Assembly: GCA_951406725.2 (NCBI GenBank)
Contig: OX597836.1
Coordinates: forward strand, 36,642,001-36,706,000
Direction: 5' to 3'
From: Octopus vulgaris
Lineage: Eukaryota
DNA: 64,000 nucleotides
In this document: piece by piece, positions 1-15,000 of the stretch
Layout of the letters: every line of letters begins with the position of its first letter
Numbering within the stretch: the stretch's first letter is position 1
Made by a program: the position numbers and the translations under genes
Notes under the pieces: model-generated
The model's input: the letters and a program-made list of their open reading frames with translations, nothing else
Database searches by the model: none
Told to the model about the DNA's origin: nothing

Positions 1-1392
1 CACAATCAGTGTATACCCTAAACACCCTTCAAAGTTAACGATATTGCAAATATGCTATCCGAAGGCACATTAATGTTCTTTATAATATTTGCCAATATAT
101 TATCCCTTACAAATCCGCTTAAAAGGAATAATATCTAACTTCAAAATACCAGTACACGAGCTATATCTTTAGACTTCCACTTCTTATTCGCTAGTACACC
201 AGGTTCAATTAATTAAGAAAACTACAACTCCCTACCTGCATTGTTTACTACTTAGATACACACGAATAAGCATTATACATGTGGCAGTTTCTCTTTAGTA
301 AGCAAACAAATATGAAGTGCGAAAGAAATTTACTATTGTTATATGTTATGCTTGAGAGATACATTATATGTGTTTGATGCGAGAATATTGATTATTTTCT
401 ACAGATTTATGATATTTGACCGGGGAATGCTTTAGTAAAATTTCTGACTTTGTACAAAGTAGAAAACTGAAGAAGATATTTTTTTTTATTTGTTATATGT
501 CCTACTGATGTCTGTATTCACTCTTGCATGTACAAATCTATGAACAAATTTATCCCATATGCGACCCTCTGGTCATGTGAATATCACTATGACTCCATTC
601 TGTAACACAACGTTCTACAATTCCTGACGATATTGCATGACTTAATACAGGCGAACATGAATGTTAGTTTACTCAAGTCGTTGGCACTTGAATAATTATA
701 TCTAATATACGAGTGGAGGAAGCTTTATAGGTGCATAACATATTCAGGTGTGACATTGTCTTTTAATAATGGACAAAGTTCAGACAATTCATATCGTGTA
801 GAATTACCTCGACATAAACAAACATTCAAGTGTAAAGACATATGCATATGTGCGTAAGTATGCATATATATATATATATATACATGTGTGTGTGTCTTTT
901 GTTTGTATGGTTGTATGTATATGTACGTTTTAAATGTATATATCATTTTCCGAACTATACCGAGCATGTTCTAGCGTAGAGTAGTAATAACACTTACAGT
1001 TGAATACATCATAGAATTTCATGTGGCATATATTTTGAAATTTACTTTCAGTTTTAAGAAATGTTTTCTGTTTACGCAATAGATTTTATGGGGGATGAAT
1101 ATAAAATGAAATATGATGCTATACATTTCAATATATTTAGTTCAATATCTCAATACCGATTTCTATAAACGAAATCATACAACTACAATTTCGCAATAAG
1201 TTCTCTGGTATGTAATTGTAATAGTATTATATACTGCCCATTAATAGTAAGTATTGTAAGCGAAACACAGAGTGATGGATTTAAATTGACCCTAGACATC
1301 AGTGACATGCAAAATTCATCGATTTAACATCAACCAACTACATTGCCGTTAAATATTTACATCTGATTATACATATCACTTTATTTTGAAGT

Positions 1393-1492
<100 letters not shown>

Positions 1493-1494
1493 AA

Positions 1495-1662
1495 GTTAAT
1501 TCAAACATGAAAACAAAGAGAAAACACAACAACGTGAGGACGTGGAACAAGTATAGTATTATTGGACGCTCAGGAAAGGAAAGAAAGAAGGAGGATTTAA
1601 TGTTTCGAGCAGAGCTCTTCGTCAGAAACATAGGAAAAGGAAAGATCCAAGGAAGAGAAGAC
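1495..1662 (-). mobile_element. (TA)n-associated repeat (family F) with degenerate minimal hammerhead; probable Penelope-like terminal repeat fragment
   Basis: Closely similar to 19200-19350 and to the reverse complement of 62210-62370. Minus strand reads gttt-CTGACGA-a-gagc-tct-gctc-GAAA-c-ATT-aaat. Confidence 0.7.
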
Positions 1663-3255
1663 GCAAAACAGTTTGATTCAAATCTGTTGGTACTCTTGAG
1701 TTTCAAGCATGATGCTAGTCGCCAACCATTTATATATACATTCCGTATACTGAAGCGAAATTTGAAAATCTTGCAGCTCTGAAATGGAAATATTTCATTA
1801 GATATCATCGAGGCAAGTGAAAGATTATAGAGTCTATTTGATATTTTCTGACATCCTCTAAAAAGAGTATTAATAATGTCCACAATTTAAGGAAAATATA
1901 CATTTCCATATAATCGGATAGATATCAATATCCGGTAAACACGAGTAAATATTCTATCGTTGGGGATTTTATTTATAATTTATAATATAAACTCCGTGCG
2001 AATAAACTCGTGAAATGTCTGTTCCGAACTAGAATATATAGTATTTCAAATAAAGCTTTTTATCTGGGAAAATATTTACGGTTAGTGTCGATATAAGTGG
2101 TAGAGAAGTGAACAGATTTTCAGAAAGACGATGATTATCTTCTTAAAATTGGTGTTATTATTGGAATATAGATTTGTTCGAGCAGACCAACGATCACAGT
2201 TGCTCAAGATTTGGCCCTGCCGGTCTTGACACATTGGTTTATTTCAAGCAATATAGTTTAACTGTAAATATAGCCTCTTTGTAGCTCAATATTGTTAAAT
2301 ATATATGAGTGATACACTTTACAACATAATATTTTTAATCTCTTAACTTATTGAAGTTTACTTTAAATTGCCTAGTGAAAACGTGTCCTCTCAAACCTAA
2401 TAATGTCACTAATATTCTGTAAGTGGGTGCCCTAGTTTTTTCTATCCTAATTTCATTCTATCCTAATCTACTCTGGACATATTACGTAAATCTGCGTTCG
2501 AATTTCACCTGCAACATTTACAAGTCTCCAATCTTAATGCCTTGTACATTTTGGTTTCAATTATAAATATTTTTTTCGTGTTTCCTCGGTTTTTGATGCT
2601 ACTCTGTTCTTCCTAATCGTAATACTTTACAGAAAAATGTTGTTTTGGATTCATTTATCTTTCCGTGTTCCATTTTCGCATTTATACCATTATAAGAAGT
2701 ATCAAAACATATTTCAAGAAAGATTACTTAACACTACAACACTCCATTATATCTTGTTCCGTTTCTTTATGAAGACATGCACACAAAATCGAAATATATC
2801 GAATGATAAACGGACGCAAGGTTAGCAACTGACTTCTGAACGTTGAAGTAAAACATAGAGGGTCTCCCAAAGAACTGTCGCCGTTGCAAAATACTAAAAC
2901 TAGAAAAGGAGAGATGAAAAATGATACTGAGAACGAAGAGCAAAATATTGCTTCGGTCAGAGCCTTTACGTGCAAGTTTGACCTGATAGAATCAACAAAT
3001 AAATTTTACGTAAAACTTGTACTTTAGAATATAATGGATAAAATATTATATGCAAGTTGCTCTTAAGCAATAATTCAAAATCACAAACAAGAAAAAATAT
3101 TATGACGCTAAATATGGAAGAAATGCTTCAGATTCCTTATTCTCCTAACCCTGCTACATCTGCATGTCACCTTTTCAGATTATTATAATATTATTTTGAG
3201 AGAAAATAGAGATTGAGAGCGACATCATATGAGAGGCCTTCCATTGTGTATATCT

Positions 3256-3495
3256 TACTCCTTTACTCTTTTACTTGTTTCAGTCATTTGACTGCGGCCA
3301 TACTGGAGCACCGCCTTCAATCGAGCAACTTGACCCCGGGACTTATTCTTTTGTAAGCCCAGTATGTATTCTATCGGTCTCTTTTGCCGAACCGCTAAGT
3401 AACGGGGACATAAACACACCGGCTTCGGTTGTCAAGCAATGCTAGGGGGACAAACACAGACACAAACACACACACACAGACACACACACACACAG

Positions 3496-3571
<76 letters not shown>

Positions 3572-3728
3572 GACGGGCTTCTTTCAGTTTCCGTCTACCA
3601 AATCCACTCACAAGGCATTGGTCGGCCCGAGGCCAAAGTAGAAGACACTTGCCCAACGTGCCCAGTGGGACTGAACCCGGAACCATTTGGTTGGTAAACA
3701 AGCTACTTACCACACAGCCACTCCTGCG
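3256..3728 (-). mobile_element. SINE family A (tRNA-like head, internal (TA)n/(TG)n, agtaaaag tail)
   Basis: Same sequence recurs about 12 times in the window. Head has box A/B-like tggtaagtagc...ggttccgggttcagtccc. Confidence 0.9.
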
Positions 3729-3904
3729 TATATATGCAAACAATATTCCTTTGAGTCAAGATATCCTGTGGAAGGCTTTCTTTTAACTCATTCCCTGTCC
3801 TGTGCATCACAAGTGATACGCAGAATATATTTCCCCGTTGTTCATGTATCATATGTGATACACATTCCTAATTTTCTTCAAACAACAGAATAATTGTGAC
3901 GTAT

Positions 3905-4130
3905 ATTTGCCATTGAAATATGGCTAACCCCTAAGGGTGGATGCTACTGTAGTTTGTAGTCCCAGGAGACCACCGCCTCCAGCTGGCTATAGACACACTT
4001 TCTGTGCCCTATCAGTATTTGCAAAGGGAAGTCATCCTTCCCGCCTTCAACTTATGATACACACGGACTCGAGTTTCTGGGTATTGACCCGTCATCGGCG
4101 TGTGACAGTCACAGTTGCCGATGAGCTGAG
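3905..4130 (-). mobile_element. Structured HHR-containing element, homologous to 17855-18180
   Basis: Shares the HHR stem II motif (tgacggg.caa.acccagaaac), cccttYgcaaata and the downstream hairpin series with the 17.9-kb unit. Confidence 0.7.
4060..4104 (-). ncRNA. Type-I hammerhead ribozyme motif, CCGAUGA core variant
   Basis: Minus strand: CACACG-CCGATGA-c-GGGT-caat-ACCC-a-GAAA-C-tcga-GTC-CGTGTG. Stem I 6 bp, stem II 4 bp, palindromic stem III ACTCGAGT, GUC site. Confidence 0.8.
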
Positions 4131-5390
4131 ATTTATTATTAACAGAATAATTGCTAAGAAGTAAACAATAATAATTTGTATTTCTTCGATTCGAAGCGAG
4201 GTTTTATGTGCGGGGGATATCAAATGTGCAAATAGACAGAATTATCTTAACAATGAGACAAAGCGTTATCTTGATTAAATATATCACTTAAAACCAAAGA
4301 AGCATTTGTTCCTTTCCTATCTTGAAATGCAACAGGAAATTATTTCCATTCAAATAGTATATATTTTTTTCCACTATACTCCACAACTTCTTTTCTGCTG
4401 GGCCAGATTTAATGCGCTTTCTTGTATTAGGAAAATTTAAGTATTCTAACTTCCTTTCGAAATTAACTGACGTATAATGACTAAAAGACGATAAAAGGCA
4501 GCAATCCCTTCATATCGAGTCAATTTTCTGCCTATTGTTTCTTTACTGCATCGATTTTTAAAAGGTTTACAGCATTCACCGCCACATATGGTGCGTTTTC
4601 AGAGAATTGTCTTCGTATAGTTTATTAGGTTCTTCAATTTAAATACAATTAAGACAAACATAATAAAAGAATATGAAAAGTACACAAGTTGGAATACAAC
4701 CTCTAAGGGATGCATCCAATAATGTGGACATATATTTTATAATAGCTTTCACTAAACACTAATATTTGGATCTAGAAAGCAAAGGTACTTTACAATGAAA
4801 TTTATCACGTATTCAATTGGGTAGAGATCTTATAACTGGTTGCGGTAAAGTAAATCTTGACCGAATGATTATTATTGACGTAGGGCAGTGAGTGTATGGG
4901 ACATATAAGCATACATGCAAACGTGAAAACATACATTCATACATGCATACATATATATATATATATATATTAGAAGAAATAAGGTACCCAGAAATTAGGA
5001 TGGATTTATATTTACAGACATTTATTTGGATATTACATGTTTTTACACATCATATAACGTATATCATATATATCATCTCCAAACCTTCTAATATATATAA
5101 TGCCATGATGTCGAAATTTATAGTATATGTTCTCTACGAGATATTTTATTGAGTGAAGAATTCTTCAAACAATGTAATGTTCAGCTCTATGGAATGCAGA
5201 ATTCTATAAAGAGTGCAACAATAAATTTTACTACTCCTCACAAGAATGCATTTACTAAGTCTCGAATAATTCTATGTACACATAAACACACACACACGAG
5301 AGCAAACACACATATATATATACACACACACATATATATATAGAAATGCATATGTATATGTGTGTATGGGTATGCATGCATGTATGTATA

Positions 5391-5439
<49 letters not shown>

Positions 5440-5976
5440 TTACTCTTGATGTAGAAAATTTATTCAAGCGCAACTTTCAAATGTTATAGAATTCCAGATT
5501 CCATAAAATATTAATTTGGTTTGTTTGAAGACTTCTTCACGCAATAAAACAATATCCTGTGAGCATATAACATGCAACACATTATTGTGCACTTCAGCAC
5601 TTCTATTCTGATGCTCTGTTACGGAAACCTCAGAATTACAAATCTAAAATGCCCTTTCCGCTTTGTAATCGTATCGCCTTCATACATTACCACTATAGTA
5701 GTTAAATCCCCACCGAAAATCTGTTGATGGATCACAGTTCCTGTTTTATATTTTTATTTTTCAGGTAAATCAGTAAGCTTTTGAATAATTTAAAAACCAT
5801 TGATATGTATATTTTACCTTACATTTTGTGTTACGATAACCCGACAATCACGAGAGAGAAAATATTCGATGATTTTATGTATGACTTTGGTTAAGTATTT
5901 GCTTCCCCACAATGTTGTCTTAGTATAAATCCCACAGCGAGACAACCAGCTGTTCGTAAACTTAAAAAAGATTGGC

Positions 5977-6012
<36 letters not shown>

Positions 6013-6136
6013 CTAGATAGATAGCTAGATAGATAGATAGATAGATACACACAAACACGTATGTATCTCTCTATATATATATATATACATATATGTATAC
6101 ATATATATGCATATATGTATATATATGCATATATAT

Positions 6137-6172
<36 letters not shown>

Positions 6173-6321
6173 TAGCTTGTGTGATAAGTAGCTTGCTTAC
6201 CTACCACATGGCTCCGAGTTCAGTCTCACTGCGTGGCTCCTTCGGCAACTGTTTTCTATACCCGTGGGCCGACCAACCCCTTGTGAGTGGATTAAGCAGA
6301 CAGAAACTGAAAGAAGCCCGT

Positions 6322-6389
<68 letters not shown>

Positions 6390-6650
6390 TGTGTGTTTGG
6401 GTGTGTGTGTGTTTGTGCTGTGTCTGTGTGTGTGTATGTTTGTGTGGCTGTGTTTGTACCCCACCATCGCTTGACAAACTATGCTGGAGTGATTACGCCC
6501 CCGAAAACTAGCGGTTCAGCAAAAGAGACTGATAGAATAAGTACTAAGCTAAAAAGAAAGAGTCCTGAGGTCGATTTCTTCAGTTAAAGGTGGTACCCCA
6601 GCATGGCCGCAGTTAGATAACTGAAACAGATAAAGAATAAATGAATAAAA
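6173..6650 (+). mobile_element. SINE family A, diverged copy
   Basis: Aligns by eye to the other family A copies end to end. Confidence 0.85.
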
Positions 6651-6973
6651 GAATACAAAAATTAAAAGGAAATGGTGATTTACGATTGACATATTGTAAA
6701 TATAATTTATTAACATGGAATTATATTGCAATAAACATAATATGATGTCATATGAAGAGAAATACAAATACTCACCCTATAAATAATGGGCAGAAATATT
6801 TTTAGATTAGATTAGCATTATTAAAAGAGCACAAGAATATTTATGACCCTTATACTAATTTTTTTTATTATTTCATTTATCTGGAATTTGTAGTTCCATT
6901 TGTGTCTATTACATTTCTACATTATTGACTTTACCGTCTTTATATGTAATTTTGCCTAATTTTGTCAAATATT

Positions 6974-7051
6974 TTCCTGAAGAGATTCATACCCATAAAT
7001 ATGATTTTTTTATAAAGTTTTATTGGATATGAATCGAAACAAATTTTAGGA
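6974..7051 (+). ncRNA. Degenerate hammerhead motif with long stem II
   Basis: ttc-CTGAAGA-GATTCATA...TATGAATC-GAAA-c-aaatt-TTA-gga. Stem III is mismatched and stem I is weak. Confidence 0.55.
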
Positions 7052-7274
7052 TTTAACACCTGCAGTTCTATTCATAATATATTATAAATTATTCATCGTA
7101 ATATAAGAGTATGTTAATAAATTGTATTTAAAATATGTCAATCTCCATGTTCTTTTAAATTGTGTACATTGAAAATATAATATTTCGCTTTGTGAAAAGT
7201 TTGTCGCTACCATATTGGGTGTATACTGAAAATCCAGTGGAAAATTGGATGGTTTTCCATCCTTGGAAAGGAAA

Positions 7275-7334
<60 letters not shown>

Positions 7335-7644
7335 TATAATATAATCAAAAGGGTAATAATATAGATTACTACCAGTGGCCCAGCACAAAGGACGAATTAG
7401 TCATTAGACAAATATTTTTCATATAGAAAAATATTATTCATATAGAAATATAATTAAGGGCTCCTAAATAAGGATGCCAAGTGCTAGGGACACAAAAAAG
7501 GGATAAATTTATCGAGAGTGAAAATCAAAAACATTTACCAATAACAATACACACACATATATATATATAAGAATTTTTTCCGTAATGAGATAAAAAAAAC
7601 AAGGCTATGTAGATATTAGAACATTCATAGATAGACGGACCTTC

Positions 7645-7679
<35 letters not shown>

Positions 7680-7818
7680 ATTAAGTACGGTAATTAATTC
7701 ATCGACCCCAAAAAGGTGAAAGGCAAAGGCGACCTCGGTGGAATTTGAGCTGAGAACGTTAAGCAGACGAAATAACGCTAAGTATGTCGCCCGATGTGCT
7801 AAGGTTTCTGACAGCTCC
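7680..7818 (-). mobile_element. SINE family B, 5' part
   Basis: Matches aaaggcaaagtcgacctcggcggaatttgaactcagaacg of the copies at 50-53 kb. Confidence 0.8.
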
Positions 7819-8277
7819 CACTCTTCTGAGAAGTATAGTATTGGTGGAGGAAGAGCATTTTCCTGTATGTCCTATAAATAATGATGCTTAAATTTACTTG
7901 TGGATTTACAGATCCTCGATCAACAGCATCCTTTCTGTGACCTCTTCATTTTATTAATGATAATTCTAAACTTGCTTTATGTAATATATCCGGGAGGGAT
8001 TTCAAGTAGCTTTGTGTCATTTAAGTAAAATGCATATGAATATTGTTCCACACAGGACTTTGGCTCTTGAATGGATGTTCAAGTGGAAGAAGCTTTATAG
8101 CAGAGTGAAATACTACGGAAAAGAAATTTCAGTAATAATGGACAGAGTGTTGAAAAAGCTTTTGTGTATGAATACGCTTGCTCAGAATGGAGATGACTAC
8201 GTCTCTCCTTCTATCTCCTCCTCACACACTCGCTTTGTATATGATATGATATGTTGATATTTATGTATATATATATG

Positions 8278-8313
<36 letters not shown>

Positions 8314-8476
8314 CATATACATATATATATATATGTATGTATATACGTATGTTGATATGCATAGATACACCCACACACTAACACACACATACATATATAT
8401 ATATATGTATATATATGTGTATACACAAAAATGTACGCGCATATAAATATACCTCTCCCCATATATATATATATAT

Positions 8477-8518
<42 letters not shown>

Positions 8519-8526
8519 TGTGCGCT

Positions 8527-8565
<39 letters not shown>

Positions 8566-8604
8566 ACAAAGATATGCATGCATATATTCACACATGTAAT
8601 CCCA

Positions 8605-8674
<70 letters not shown>

Positions 8675-9525
8675 CATTCATACATGTTCCCATTTATTCA
8701 TATGTAGGTATATCTATAGATATACAAGTAAATATATACACACACATATATATATATATATATACCTATATATATATATGTGTATATATATATGTGTATG
8801 CATGTGTACATATACATATATATGTATGCATCATTGTTCCAAATATAAAGAAAAACTTTTCTCGCATATCCTAAGAATCTTATAGATGAACTTTTCATAG
8901 AATTTTAAACTTTATGCTGTTGAAAATAACTCTGTTATTTGAAGAATTCCTCTTGATGTAGCACATTCTTTAATGTGGAACACAATGCTGTACCATTTGA
9001 TTTTTAGCATCAAACCAAATCTCAGAACTACAAATCCACAATTGTTTCACCGTATGCAATGCCCCTTGAATAATGGGAAGTGCCTTATCAAAGTCAGTGT
9101 TGATTGAATTAAATTTTATATTATAGATATTAGAGATGAACTATGTCAGTTTAATAGCCAACACTGTAAATTTAGTTATGATGATTTTAAAACGAAATCT
9201 CCAAATTACTGTATTTCCAATTCTTATTTAAATGTATGGATAAATTACATTGTCTGAAACCAGTGGTTCATTTTGCTTCCGGGAACATCTTTAATTGAAG
9301 AGGTCAGAGATTGATTGTCCGACGCATTATGTAATATTCCTAACCATTCGTATATCACTTTCCAGGCAGATGCACCACCGATTATAATAAATAATAAAAC
9401 CATGTTCTTCAACTTCAAAATGGAGGAAAATAAATGCATTTCTAATATAATCACATTCCTCATTATAATATAGTATACATAGCTAAAGGTGAGTAGAGAA
9501 ATTTTCTGTTATCCCCCTTTTAATG

Positions 9526-9567
<42 letters not shown>

Positions 9568-9591
9568 TTTGATTTAATATATATATATATA

Positions 9592-9678
<87 letters not shown>

Positions 9679-10487
9679 TATATCCATATATATATATGAA
9701 ATATAGATGTAAATATATATATATATATATATATATATTAATCAAAGTAATTGCAACTTTGATTTTCAGGTTTTATTTACAATGATATAATATAATGAAA
9801 TAATAGAATACTAAATGTTCATTCTTATTGAACCAGTACTTTCATGCACTAAACTATGCAATCATCACATTCATTTAGTAGTGGAGACAGTTGTGTTTTA
9901 CAATTACCAACTGTAGTGAGATGGTTAAAATGTGTGCCTTATATACACTTGTAAGGCTCCAGAATGTTAAGTTTTCCAAACTCTGTTCTGACCAATCAGT
10001 GTATGGCTTCACCAAATTACTTAAGATGATTGGTGTTTGGTTTAGGCGTCACGGTTTGTTGAATATGTAAAGACACCTGTTTGTTGACCCTAGCCAAAGC
10101 ATTAATTCCATGGATATTTTTAGAAATAGGGATTTTTACATTTCACATATCAGAATCACCATTATCCTCACCTTTATTATTATTATGTAACTATAAACCT
10201 CATACCTCTTTATATTTTGAAATGTTTATCTCCACTTCAGTTCCCCGTTCTTTTGATTCCTTTTAATATATCTATATATTTTATAAATTTTATGCTATCA
10301 TTATTATGGTCTGTGACATAAATACATCTTTACCAAGTTAAGATTTTGGGGGATTATCAAGTATATAATTAAGTCATACTCCTAAATTTTAAAGGGTCAC
10401 TCTACGTTTAAATGATACCACAATACATAGCCATATAGTATACCATCATATACATTAAGATTTTAATAACCAATCTTACACGAAGAA

Positions 10488-10880
10488 AGCCGCGAGCTGG
10501 CAGAAACTTTAGCACGCCGGGAAAAACGCTTAGCGGTGTTTCGTCTGCCGCTACGTTCTGAGTTCAAATCCCGCCGAGGTAGACTTTGCCATTCATCCAT
10601 TTGGGGTCGATTAAATAAGTACCAGTTATTCACTGGGGTCGATATAATCGACTTAATCCGTTTGTCTGTTCTTGTTTGTCCCCTCTGTATTTAGCCCCTT
10701 GTGGGCAGTAAAGAAATAGGTATTTCGTCTGCCGTTACGTTCTGAGTTCAAATCCCGCCAAGGTCGACTTTGCCTTTCATTCTTTCGGGGTCGATACTGG
10801 GGTCGATGTAATTGACTTAATCCCTTTATCTGTCCTTGTAAGTCCCCTCCATGTTTGGCACCCTCTGGGAAATAAAGAAA
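10488..10880 (+). mobile_element. SINE family B, internally duplicated
   Basis: Head gcgagctggcagaa followed by two copies of the ttcgtctgccg.tacgttctgagttcaaatcccgcc unit. Confidence 0.88.
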
Positions 10881-12204
10881 TTAATACATTAAGATTTTAT
10901 GTCTCCCTAACCAAGATTATACTTTGAGAACGACTGCCAAACTATCAGATCTTTAATTCGATTTATCCACCCGTATGAATGCAACTTTGAATACAGCTGC
11001 ATGGATAATGCTCCCCAAAATGAATATATACTGCAACAACTGAATGCACATAAATGCTACCTCGAGAGGTGTAAGGATATTTATGCAGCAGAAATTCATC
11101 TCGGGCATGAAATATTGAAATCTACCGTGAATACTGTAATGGAGATGTATAATTTTCCATTCGTTTTTATAATGTTTTGGAGATACATAATTTTCCATTC
11201 GTTTTTATAATGTCTTGGATATAAAAAACATTGTGTATATAAACATTGTGCGTGTATATGTGTATATATTGTTCGTGCTTATATGTTTGTATACATACGT
11301 ACACAGGTATATATGTATATGTATATTATTGATGGACATGTAACAAGCATGTTCTAACATGAAGTAGGAAAACTTAGAAGTGTTTTAGAATTTCGTGTTG
11401 TTTGGACGTAATTTTTTCCTATGGCTATGCGAAGAATACTTCTTTCAGTATCTTGTTCTAAAATGAATACATGAAGATCGAGATTTTATGCAATTCAGTT
11501 GTTCCATTCCTATCAAATATAAAAGAAACCTCACGAGTATACACATAGAAAGAGGCCAACCCCTTTTTACTTTCAAAGCTATTAAACATTACAGCTTAGC
11601 AAAAGCTTGGCAAAGTGTACTTCTATCGTCCTAAACATTCTCTTAAACATAAAGCATTTCAAATATACCTACCCGTTTAATCTCACAGAAAAATGTAAAA
11701 TGCCTTCAAAGATCCAATATATCTGGTATCAGAAACATAAAATATATAGTATGGTTTTTAAGATAGACTGATCCGATATTAACAGTACTTAAACAAAGGA
11801 GAAGTAATCTAGAATTACCTTTGAATTCTACCTGGAGAGATTTACTGTCGTGATGTAAGTATATAATACGATAAAATGAAAATCAGTGTTTTCAGATGGC
11901 TTGCCATCACCGGAATATATTTCTTCTAAGGAATTATAAATCACTTGGACGAAAAAGATATTTTGTAAAATAAAAGAGTTAAGATTCTCATGTTATATGC
12001 AAATCTACATATTCTTCTTACGTATCTTTATATTATTCGGTCTGTTTCTTTTCAATGTTTTTAATACTTGAATCCAGTTTTTATATCGAGTTAAAAACGG
12101 TCTTAGTTTTATAACTTTATTCAAATTTCGTGTTCCGGTTGTGTTTCTTTTGAGTAAACCCTGATCAATGCCATTAAAGAAATATATGTATGTAAATATA
12201 TGTG

Positions 12205-12281
<77 letters not shown>

Positions 12282-12289
12282 AATATATG

Positions 12290-12326
<37 letters not shown>

Positions 12327-12423
12327 GTATATATATATATATGTATGTATATATATATATATATATTTGTATGTATATATATATATATATATATATAATA
12401 TGTAAATATATATGTAAATATGT

Positions 12424-12494
<71 letters not shown>

Positions 12495-12546
12495 TTCTTT
12501 TGAATGAAACAGTTCTAGTCCTGTAGACGCTCCTTCTATAAAATAA

Positions 12547-12599
<53 letters not shown>

Positions 12600-12759
12600 A
12601 TTCAACTTCAATTTACTTTTAAGTAATTATTAGTCTGTGTAATTTCTGTTGTCAAAATACTAACTGTACTATTCCATGTAGCGGAAAATTTGCATAAAGT
12701 GTATACCTAAGGACTTTGTAGACTGTGCGATTTCCAAACACTTTCACATTGAGAAGTAA

Positions 12760-13400
12760 TTGTTTGAAATCAGCAATATTAAAGATTACGTCTTCCCAAA
12801 GCGAAATTTAGTCTTGCGTTTTTAAAGAATTTATTTTAAGAATATTGAGTTTCTGTAGCGTCATTCTTGCAATATGTAGCTTAGTATTATCGTCGTGCAA
12901 AATTTATCACGCCGTTTCATCAATGCAGATCACATGCTTTGCAAGTGAGCATGCATTTCAGCGATTTGATTGCAGTAAACCTCGGCTGTAATTCTCTGAT
13001 TTGCTTCCAGAAATCTGTAATGGACAACACCAATTGCAGACCACAAGACGGTCACCATAATCTTTTGCTGATGTAAACCCTTGTGGCTGATGTAACTTTA
13101 TTTCGGAGATTTATCACGATCAAGCCATTGACCTGATCCACTTTTCGTCACAAGTGACTATTCGGTCAAGAAAAGCATCATTGGTGTTTCACAGAAAGAG
13201 CATGGAGCACACTTCAAAACGCCAAACATTTTGATTTTCATTGAGCTCATGCGGCACTCATTTTTCGAGCTTTTTCATCGTACCGATCTTCAGCAGATTG
13301 CGTGAGACCGTTACATTACCGATACCAAATGCAGGGGTTCTTCAGTTTTTCTCCCAAGGCTGGACCTCCAACAAGACATTTCCCGATTCCTTGCAAGCCA
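12760..13400 (-). mobile_element. Decayed mariner transposase fragment
   Basis: Minus-strand translation gives FLDRIVTCDEKWI, LHQQKIMVTVLWSAIGVVHY..L, ITAEVYC.Q and HDDN..H motifs, with stops and frameshifts. Confidence 0.85.
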
Positions 13401-13727
13401 GTTACATTTCATTACTCACAAATGTGTATAGTTACCGTTATAGCTATATGTATATATATAGTATGTATGGATATATATATATGTATACTCACACCCACAC
13501 ATACATAACATACTATATATATATATAGCCAAATCTGTCGCAAGCAATCAGCAGGAGATTTAAAATTCTTTATAACAAAGTATTAATGTCTGAAATCAGC
13601 ATTTTTTTTTTCTTTTCATTATCCTCTCTGTTTTTCAGGTAGTTGGTTGTACGGGCGTCTGAAATGCGACTAATACAATTCTCATTATATTGATATATAT
13701 TATAATTCCAAATACATATACGTATAT

Positions 13728-13770
<43 letters not shown>

Positions 13771-13919
13771 TATATAAGTATGTATGTATATATGAATACA
13801 TATATATATATATGTTTATATACACACACACCCCTAAATATATATATATATATTTACATACACACATAAATATGTGTATCCATACATGTATATATATATG
13901 TTTACATACACACACACCC

Positions 13920-13964
<45 letters not shown>

Positions 13965-14061
13965 CATATATGGATACACATATATATGTCTATATGTAAA
14001 TATATATATATATATATACGTATGCATGTATATATTACATATGTATACTCTGTATATATAT

Positions 14062-14103
<42 letters not shown>

Positions 14104-14336
14104 TTATTTATATATGCGTACGTGTATGTATACACACATACATACAAAAAACACAAATACTCACAAAAAACACATATACACACAAAAATTGCATATAATG
14201 ATTTTCTATAGATGGAAAAAACCACATTCTCTACTGTGCCTCTTTCAGATTTCTTGGACGCATTAAGCCATTATCGGCATCTAAAATGATAAATCAGCTA
14301 CTGAAATATATCGACGACGCCCAACAGTTATTCAGT

Positions 14337-14395
<59 letters not shown>

Positions 14396-14625
14396 CTAAT
14401 TATTTAGTTCCGACATAACTTATTCTGCTATATTCTATTATGGTGCATATCATTTCGTATTTCGCTGTCATATTTACTATGTACTTGTAATTAATGTGTC
14501 AGGAGAATCTCTCTTAGACTTGGACGGTGCGTCGTGTAATAGCCGCTCAGTCTGCAACCACATTTGCTTCACATTCCTCAGGATACATTTAACACAATAT
14601 ATATGTATGCCTGCGTGGGGGGTTG

Positions 14626-14705
<80 letters not shown>

Positions 14706-14949
14706 CACACACTTATATATATATATACATATATATATATATAAACATATATACATATATATATATGTACACACACACACATATATATATATATATATGC
14801 GTACATATATATTTATATATATATATAGACAGACACACATATATAGATACATATATGTTTATATGTATATATGTTTATACCTGCATGTATGTGTATATAT
14901 AAATATAAGCACATATAATAAATATATATTTGTATGTATTTTTAGGCTT

Positions 14950-15000
<51 letters not shown>

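Noticed and set aside
7226-7277. HHR-like CTGAAAA-tcca[hairpin]tgga-aag-GAAAC, and similar strings near 12505 and 58843
   Set aside because: Core mutated or incomplete, no cleavage triplet or stem I; too degenerate to call.
9057-9101. QCPLNNGKCLIKVSV, resembling the Cys motif before Penelope GIY-YIG domains
   Set aside because: Not followed by GIY-YIG motifs, and the region aligns better with the local decayed repeat cluster.
10930-11130. Faint Tc1-like transposase remnants (also 42200-42330 and 56945-57350)
   Set aside because: Only weak motif resemblance; cannot be supported without a search.
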